64,000 nucleotides of DNA. Source: Verrucomicrobiota bacterium (GTDB lineage Bacteria; Verrucomicrobiota; Verrucomicrobiia; Limisphaerales; CANJSG01). Below are positions 60,580 through 64,000 of the stretch, piece by piece. The stretch covers positions 64,001 to 128,000 of the forward strand of contig JBBQXJ010000002.1 in assembly GCA_038209745.1 (NCBI GenBank). Direction: 5' to 3'. Made by a program: the position numbers and the translations under genes. Positions within the stretch are counted from its first letter, which is position 1. Each line of letters begins with the position of its first letter. The notes beneath the pieces are model-generated. The model searched no databases. It was given only the letters and a program-made list of their open reading frames with translations, and was not told the origin of the DNA.

Positions 60580-60599
60580 CCAAGCAAATGCGTTGAATC

Positions 60600-60893
60600 A
60601 TGGATTTTGACTGGAACAGCCCGCCTTTTGCATCAAGCGACTCGCTGAATCTATCCGAGGTCGAGGAATCGTTTGAGGATCCGTTCGCGGTCAAGCTGAT
60701 GCCCGACTCCCCACGATTCTCTGTTCAGGCTCGGTTCTTCAATCTGGGAATGGCAGCGTCGGGTCAAGGTGTGTTTTCAGTCTACCGGACGAACGGAAAA
60801 CAGGTTCGTGTCATCCACGCCCGCTCGTTTGAGCCAGAGGAACTCTTCTTCTACAACCGCAAGGTCAACCAGGCATTGTCGCAAGCCCTATGA
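60600..60893 (+). CDS. BrnT-like toxin
   Basis: MDFDW start, EVEESFEDPF, R..LG, VYRT...RVIHAR, E...Y. Confidence 0.75.
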   Translation: MDFDWNSPPFASSDSLNLSEVEESFEDPFAVKLMPDSPRFSVQARFFNLGMAASGQGVFSVYRTNGKQVRVIHARSFEPEELFFYNRKVNQALSQAL

Positions 60894-61207
60894 ACATTAT
60901 TTCACAATGGGAAGAAGTCCCGATGTTTGATCGGGAGGAGGCCGAGGCTGCTTTCTGGGCGGAGAGCAAGATCGACGTTCGTCTGATGGAGTCTTCGGTT
61001 GCATCCGCCCAAGAAATGGGGGACTCGGTCTCGATTTCGCTGCGTTTCGACCCCCGCATGCTCTCACGGATCAAGCGCCTCGCCCGGTCTCGCTACCTCA
61101 ACTACCAAAGCATGATCAAACAGTGGCTCAGTGAGCGTTTGGAACATGAACTCCGCGACGGGCGGAACTCCAATCAAGGCCGGATGGGCGGGGGAGGCTT
61201 CCGATGA
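60890..61207 (+). CDS. BrnA/CopG-like antitoxin
   Basis: VPMF..EEAEAAFW, SISLRF, IKRLARSRYLNYQSMIKQWLSERL (RHH-like). Confidence 0.8.
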   Translation: MNIISQWEEVPMFDREEAEAAFWAESKIDVRLMESSVASAQEMGDSVSISLRFDPRMLSRIKRLARSRYLNYQSMIKQWLSERLEHELRDGRNSNQGRMGGGGFR

Positions 61208-61827
61208 AAACTCGTCGTCAGGCTTTTACCTTGATCGAGTTGTTGGTGGTTATTGCGATCATTGGAATTCTGGCCGGATTGCTTCTGTCACTGGTCGGAA
61301 CGGCGACCGAGCGGTCGAAGAAGGCTAGGGTTTCCGGTGATCTGAAAAAACTTGAAGCGGCGATCGATTTCTACAAGGCGAAGATCGGCGTTTATCCGCC
61401 GGACAATGTCCAAGCCAAAAAGGACGTCCGGATGTCCCCTCTCTACTACGAGCTGCTCGGCACGACCAACGACACCGGCGGAATCTATGTGATACCGGCG
61501 ACGGGAGAGAAGATCAACCGCACCACGCTTCAGAGCACGCTCGGAACTGCGGGCATCGTCAACTCCCAGCCCCTTGCCGAGGATGTGAAGACTTTTCTCA
61601 TGGGAGTCGCCCCCAATCAGCACGCGAGGGTGGGCTCACGGGGTGGAGATATCGAGCTGCTCATAGTGCCTGTGGAAGGACCGAATGACTTTACGGTGGG
61701 CAATGCCCGGATCAATCCGTGGCGCTACAATTCCTCGAACCCGACGAACAATCCTAATTCCTACGATCTCTGGGCCGAGATCGTGATTCGGGGTAAGACC
61801 AACATCATCGGAAATTGGAAGGAGTGA
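61204..61827 (+). CDS. Type IV pilin/GspG-like protein
   Basis: RRQA|FTLIELLVVIAII; INPWRY...NSYDLWA. Confidence 0.9.
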   Translation: MKTRRQAFTLIELLVVIAIIGILAGLLLSLVGTATERSKKARVSGDLKKLEAAIDFYKAKIGVYPPDNVQAKKDVRMSPLYYELLGTTNDTGGIYVIPATGEKINRTTLQSTLGTAGIVNSQPLAEDVKTFLMGVAPNQHARVGSRGGDIELLIVPVEGPNDFTVGNARINPWRYNSSNPTNNPNSYDLWAEIVIRGKTNIIGNWKE

Positions 61828-61832
61828 TCCCT

Positions 61833-62777
61833 ATGCAAGATCTTCGACGTTCCACCACCTGTATCCGTCTGCCGGTTCGCTGGCAGATCGTAAGCTGGGA
61901 AAAGCCAATCGGAATCCAGTCTCCGAACGGTCATCAGCCCAACAAACCCAAGCCGGGCGTTGCCAAGACGCCTCCCAGCAGCCAGGGCTTCACCTTGATC
62001 GAGCTTCTCGTCGTCATCGCGATCATTGCGATTCTAGCCGGGATGTTGTTGCCCGCTCTCGCAGCCGCCAAGAAGAAGGCGCTGGTAAAGATGGCCCAAG
62101 CGGACATGAAAAACATCGTCAGCGCCTGCACCGCCTACGAGACGGCCTACAGCCGAATGCCGGCTCCGAAAGAAGCTTTTGACCAGGTAAAGTCGGACAC
62201 CCAACCAGATTTCACCTTCGGGACGGTCGAAAACTCCAGTCCGTTCAATGGCGCCGGTGTCTTGAAGGGGGCTGACGGTTCGGCTCTGGCAGCGATCAAC
62301 TCGGCCGGAGGAGGAGCCTATCACGACAGCAATCGTCAATTGATGGCGATTCTTATGAATGTCGAGAAGTTTGGAGACAATCGACCGACCTGTAACAAGG
62401 GGTTCGCGAGAAACCCGCGCAAACTGGGTCCCTACATTACTCCGACTAAAGTTGCCGGCGGTGGCACCGGACCGGGATTGGGAACGGATGGAGTTTACCG
62501 TGATCCCTGGGGCAATCCCTACATCATCACCCTGGACTTGAACGGAGACGGCAAGACCCGGGACGGATTCTATTCAAGCAAGATCGTGAACGAAGATTCG
62601 TCTGGCAAAAACGTTACCGGTCTTACATGGAACAGCGTCAGCGGCGTATATGAACTGAACGCACCCGTATTGGTTTGGTCTTTTGGGCCGGACGGACAGG
62701 CGGCAAGCAATCAGGGAGCCAACAAGGGCACGGTCAACTACGACAACGTCGTCAGTTGGAAAGACTCCAAGAACTGA
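61833..62777 (+). CDS. Type IV pilin/pseudopilin
   Basis: SQG|FTLIELLVVIAIIAILAGMLLP; DPWGNPY; WSFGPDG. Start uncertain (long leader). Confidence 0.88.
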   Translation: MQDLRRSTTCIRLPVRWQIVSWEKPIGIQSPNGHQPNKPKPGVAKTPPSSQGFTLIELLVVIAIIAILAGMLLPALAAAKKKALVKMAQADMKNIVSACTAYETAYSRMPAPKEAFDQVKSDTQPDFTFGTVENSSPFNGAGVLKGADGSALAAINSAGGGAYHDSNRQLMAILMNVEKFGDNRPTCNKGFARNPRKLGPYITPTKVAGGGTGPGLGTDGVYRDPWGNPYIITLDLNGDGKTRDGFYSSKIVNEDSSGKNVTGLTWNSVSGVYELNAPVLVWSFGPDGQAASNQGANKGTVNYDNVVSWKDSKN

Positions 62778-62781
62778 TCTG

Positions 62782-63585
62782 ATGCGTGTTGGAGCCTACA
62801 ATTTTTCAGCGATACCGGCTCTGCTTCGGGTTCGCAGACGCGCGTTCACGCTGATCGAGTTGCTGGTCGTCATCGGGATCATCGCACTGGTGGCGACACT
62901 GGGACTGCCGGCGATGCGGGGGTTCGGGGAATCGAACACCATCGCGGCCGCGACCCAACAGATGCTCGACGACGTTTCCCGCGCCCGCTATCTGGCCATT
63001 GCCAACCGGACGACGGTCTATCTGGTTTTCATCGGTCCAGAAATTGTAAACACCGGGACTGCGGGACTTAGTGCCAAAGAGATCAAAGGACTGAAGAACC
63101 TCTACCTCGGTCAATACACGGGTTACGGAGTGTTCGCGGAGCGGAGAGTTGGAGATCAGCCCGGACAGACGAACTTGAACTACTTCGGTGAATGGCGCTT
63201 CCTGCCATCAGGAGTCTTCATCGAACCCGACAAGTTCATCCGGCCGCGCAGTCGTTTTTCCGGCTCCATTTCCAACGAATCACGCCCGTTCCTCTACAAG
63301 GAATTCCCGGTTTCGATCGCCGGAAGCACTGTTAGAGCGTCCTTGTCCTATCTCTCGTTCGATGGTCGCGGCCAGCTGGATTCCGAGGTTTCGGGAACCG
63401 TCCACTATGATGCCGTCATTCCTTTGGTGCGAGGCAGCGTCACCTACGCGAGAGACGGGAACAAGTTGCCCGTGGCGCAATACGCCAAGCCGGAAAAGAA
63501 ACCGGCCTTGGAGAACGCCTACAACCGCATCCACATCGATTGGTTGACCGGCCGCGCCCGGGTCGACCGGCCCGAGCTGAAATGA
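62782..63585 (+). CDS. Minor pilin (FimT/GspH-like)
   Basis: RRRA|FTLIELLVVIGII; ARYLAIANRTTVYLVF; C-terminal IDWLTGRARV. Confidence 0.85.
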   Translation: MRVGAYNFSAIPALLRVRRRAFTLIELLVVIGIIALVATLGLPAMRGFGESNTIAAATQQMLDDVSRARYLAIANRTTVYLVFIGPEIVNTGTAGLSAKEIKGLKNLYLGQYTGYGVFAERRVGDQPGQTNLNYFGEWRFLPSGVFIEPDKFIRPRSRFSGSISNESRPFLYKEFPVSIAGSTVRASLSYLSFDGRGQLDSEVSGTVHYDAVIPLVRGSVTYARDGNKLPVAQYAKPEKKPALENAYNRIHIDWLTGRARVDRPELK

Positions 63586-64000
63586 ACGTTCGACTTCCAG
63601 CCCATTCTGCCCGCGCTGCGTTCACCATGGTCGAGATTGCCTTGGCGCTCGCCGTCATCGGCTTCGCTTTGGTCGCCATCGTCGGCGTGTTGCCGCAAGG
63701 CTTGACCATTCAGAAGAACAACCGGGAAGACACCTTGGTCAGCCAGGACGGACCGTTCGTGCTGGAAGCAATCCGCTCAGGGGCCAAAGGAGTCGATGCG
63801 TTGACCAATTCCGTGGATCAGGTGTATGTCGTCACCTTCGTCGGCGGTAAGTTGCAGACGAACCAAGTGGCTCAGGATTTCATCGCGCGGTCCTCAAGCA
63901 ACATAGTCGGGGTCCTCTCGATTCCGGTCGGAATCAGGGTCGATCTTCCCCAACAAGGTGCCCGATCGAGGATCAGCGGTTCATTGGTGGAAGCTTTCAC
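63582..64000 (+). CDS. Minor pilin (PilV/Verru_Chthon cassette B-like), runs off the window
   Basis: Manual translation MNVRLPAHSARAA|FTMVEIALALAVIGFALVAIVGVLPQGL; ATGA overlap with the upstream gene. Confidence 0.82.
   Translation, partial: MNVRLPAHSARAAFTMVEIALALAVIGFALVAIVGVLPQGLTIQKNNREDTLVSQDGPFVLEAIRSGAKGVDALTNSVDQVYVVTFVGGKLQTNQVAQDFIARSSSNIVGVLSIPVGIRVDLPQQGARSRISGSLVEAF

Overview
High-GC (roughly 65% by eye) bacterial chromosomal segment. Gene content and style suggest Verrucomicrobiota, probably subdivision 3 (inference, not tested). Housekeeping and metabolic genes: coaD, grpE-dnaJ, an RND pump, dtd, an RRM protein, a DeoR regulator with the bifunctional rhamnulose-1-phosphate aldolase/dehydrogenase, tal, ltaE, cutA, mtnP, a Prc-like protease, an FKBP and LptF/G. 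Larger modules: (i) a fliC-fliD locus with sigma-28-type promoters, CsrA-like leader hairpins and a decayed second flagellin; (ii) a MoxR-DUF58-BatA/BatB operon in which the first ~40 codons of the DUF58 gene are duplicated and bracket inserted cargo; (iii) a compact, non-canonical type IV filament/T2SS-like operon (two GspF-like proteins, three pilin-like proteins lacking Glu+5, an ABC-type permease and a minimal GspE); (iv) a canonical pilB-pilT-pilB-pilC operon with a BrnT/BrnA-like pair inserted ahead of the pilin genes. Several families of REP-like palindromes, a RAYT-like remnant, an IS630 remnant and a vapBC-type TA pair are also present. No rRNA, tRNA or CRISPR array was seen. All family calls rest on motif recognition by eye; no searches were run.
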